NCBI GenBank assembly: GCA_902788205.1
Contig: CADAJJ010000009.1
Coordinates: 119-64,118, forward strand
Origin: an uncultured Spirochaetales bacterium
GTDB lineage: Bacteria > Spirochaetota > Spirochaetia > Sphaerochaetales > Sphaerochaetaceae
DNA: 64,000 bases
Direction: 5' to 3'
The notes under the pieces: model-generated
What the model was told of the DNA's origin: nothing
Seen by the model: only the letters and a program-made list of their open reading frames with translations
Databases searched by the model: none
Shown: piece by piece, positions 62,309 to 64,000 of the stretch
How positions within the stretch are numbered: the stretch's first letter is position 1
Layout: every line of letters begins with the position of its first letter
Program-made: the position numbers and the translations under genes

Positions 62309-63820
62309 ATGGCAAACAAACTCCTGAGAATTTCTCCTCTGGACAGCGTCGCTGTCGCCATCCAGCCGGTGGCCAAGGGCGAGACACTCAGCGTCGGTGG
62401 CGTGACCGTCACCGCGCTGGAGGATATTCCCGCCGGGCACAAGATCGCCCTCAAGGACATCCGCGAGGGAGAACCCGTCATCAAGTACGGATACCAGATT
62501 GGAGCTGCCAAACATGAGATCAGGCAGGGCGAGCATGTCCATACGGACAACCTGCACACCCTGCTCTCAGAGCAGGCCGCCTACACCTACCATCCGGAAA
62601 TCGCGGAAGGCTTCAAGGAGAAGGCGGCGAAGCTGGCCGACTCCTACAAGGGGAAAGTGCCCTCCATCAAGGCCTATGTCCGTTCCGACGGACGCATCGG
62701 CATCCGCAACGAGCTGTGGATCGTGCCCACCGTCGGATGTGTCAACCGTATCGGCATGAAGCTGGTCGACTGGGCGGAGAAGAACCTGAAGGTCGACGGC
62801 GTCCATATCTGGAGCCACCCCTACGGTTGCTCCCAGCTGGGCGAAGACCATCAGGCTACCCGCACCATCCTCGCCGACCTGGTCCACCATCCCAACGCCG
62901 GTGGCGTCCTGGTCCTTTCGCTGGGCTGCGAGAACAATACCCCCGCATCCTTCCGGGAGCTGGTCGGCAAAGTCGATGAGAACCGTGTGAAGTTCCTGGT
63001 CTGCCAGGACGTGGACGACGAGCTTGCTACGGGAAAGCGGTTGCTTGGCGAGATTGCCGGCGTCATGGCGAAAGACCAGCGTCAGGAAGTCCCGATGAGC
63101 AGGCTTACCGTGGGCTTCAAGTGCGGTGGATCCGACGGGCTTTCCGGCATTACCGCCAACCCGCTGGTAGGCCGTTTCTGCGACGCGCTTACCGCCATGG
63201 GCGGCACCGCCATCCTGACCGAGGTTCCGGAGATGTTCGGGGCCGAGCAGGTGCTGATGGACCGCGCCGATTCGAAGGACATCTTCGACAAGACGGTAGG
63301 CATGATCAACGGGTTCAAGGAATATTTCGTCAAGCATGGACAAGTGGTCTACGAGAACCCCTCCCCTGGCAACAAGGCCGGTGGCATCACCACGCTCGAA
63401 GACAAGAGCCTCGGTTGCGTGCAGAAGGGCGGACAGGCGGTGGTCAAGGGAGTGCTTGCCTATGGGGAGCGCGTCTCCACTCCAGGTCTGAACCTGCTTA
63501 CCGGGCCGGGCAACGACATCGTCAGCACTACTGCCCTGACAGCGGCGGGCTGCAACCTGATCCTGTTCACCACGGGACGCGGAACCCCGCTCGGAGCTCC
63601 GGTTCCGACCATGAAGGTCGCCACCAACACCCCGCTGGCAATCCATAAGGCCAACTGGATTGATTTCAATGCCGGCCGCCTGTTGGAGGAAGACGCGGAT
63701 GTGGTCACCAAAGACTTGCTGAAACTGGTTGAGGAGTGTGCCAACGGCACATATCGCACGAAGAACGAACAGAACGGATACGCGGAGATCTCTCTGTTCA
63801 AAGATGGAGTCATCCTATGA
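62309..63820 (+). CDS. uxaA: Altronate dehydratase
   Basis: N-terminal SAF domain ([10 protein letters not shown]...[12 protein letters not shown]) plus a C-terminal D-galactarate/altronate dehydratase domain; 503 aa. Confidence 0.95.
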   Translation: MANKLLRISPLDSVAVAIQPVAKGETLSVGGVTVTALEDIPAGHKIALKDIREGEPVIKYGYQIGAAKHEIRQGEHVHTDNLHTLLSEQAAYTYHPEIAEGFKEKAAKLADSYKGKVPSIKAYVRSDGRIGIRNELWIVPTVGCVNRIGMKLVDWAEKNLKVDGVHIWSHPYGCSQLGEDHQATRTILADLVHHPNAGGVLVLSLGCENNTPASFRELVGKVDENRVKFLVCQDVDDELATGKRLLGEIAGVMAKDQRQEVPMSRLTVGFKCGGSDGLSGITANPLVGRFCDALTAMGGTAILTEVPEMFGAEQVLMDRADSKDIFDKTVGMINGFKEYFVKHGQVVYENPSPGNKAGGITTLEDKSLGCVQKGGQAVVKGVLAYGERVSTPGLNLLTGPGNDIVSTTALTAAGCNLILFTTGRGTPLGAPVPTMKVATNTPLAIHKANWIDFNAGRLLEEDADVVTKDLLKLVEECANGTYRTKNEQNGYAEISLFKDGVIL

Positions 63821-64000
63821 AAAGATTTATGGACGACAAGGATTTCATGCTGAACAACGACACGGCGAAAACCTTGTTCTTTGAGTACGCCAAGGATATG
63901 CCGATTTTCGACTATCACTGCCACCTGATTCCCCAGCAGATCGCTGAGAACAAGCGCTTTTCCACCATCACCGACGCCTGGCTTGGCGGCGACCACTACA
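63817..64000 (+). CDS. uxaC: Glucuronate isomerase (5' part; continues beyond the window)
   Basis: My own translation gives [61 protein letters not shown], the classic UxaC N-terminus. ATGA overlap with the uxaA stop. Confidence 0.9.
   Translation, partial: MKRFMDDKDFMLNNDTAKTLFFEYAKDMPIFDYHCHLIPQQIAENKRFSTITDAWLGGDHY

Noticed and set aside
60773-63646. 594-aa and 359-aa minus-strand ORFs antisense to uxaB and uxaA
   Set aside because: Both shadow strongly supported plus-strand enzymes and have no motifs or RBS.
1-64000. Search for tRNA, rRNA, transposase/integrase, phage or conjugation genes, and long direct or inverted repeats marking a mobile island
   Set aside because: None was recognised by eye in any intergenic gap or ORF translation. 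A proper tRNAscan, Infernal and repeat-finder run would be needed to exclude small elements.

Overview
64-kb chromosomal segment from a GC-rich bacterium (judged by eye, not computed). lnt, a rhomboid protease and many signal-peptide proteins suggest a diderm-type envelope. I call about 60 protein-coding genes. I found no rRNA or tRNA genes, no CRISPR array, and no transposase, integrase or phage genes. Most of the window is sugar and organic-acid uptake and catabolism, in modules that each carry their own regulator: (i) an eight-gene minus-strand operon (class II aldolase, split transketolase, PfkB kinase, ABC importer, NPP-type phosphodiesterase) divergent from a DeoR regulator; (ii) MBL hydrolase-CdaR-GntP permease; (iii) a second split transketolase plus a class II aldolase/adducin-type gene and a Cys/His-rich protein; (iv) LysR + TctCBA tripartite transporter + esterase + MBL hydrolase; (v) uxaB-uxaA-uxaC hexuronate genes divergent from a 1013-aa PBP/AraC hybrid regulator. 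Housekeeping genes include proS, htpG, rlmE, lnt and punA. The most unusual content is a family of six small secreted, beta-rich proteins in two loci (34704-37786 and 50899-52012). All six end in the same pilin-like C-terminal strand motif, yet no assembly machinery is visible nearby. One member is interrupted at a G6 homopolymer, and the larger locus sits beside an AT-rich spacer and two gene remnants. Start codons were chosen by inspecting RBS and overlaps and are less certain than stops. Family names come from motifs I recognise, not from database searches. The phylum cannot be assigned from sequence alone; the gene content gives me only a weak Spirochaetota (Sphaerochaeta-like) impression.
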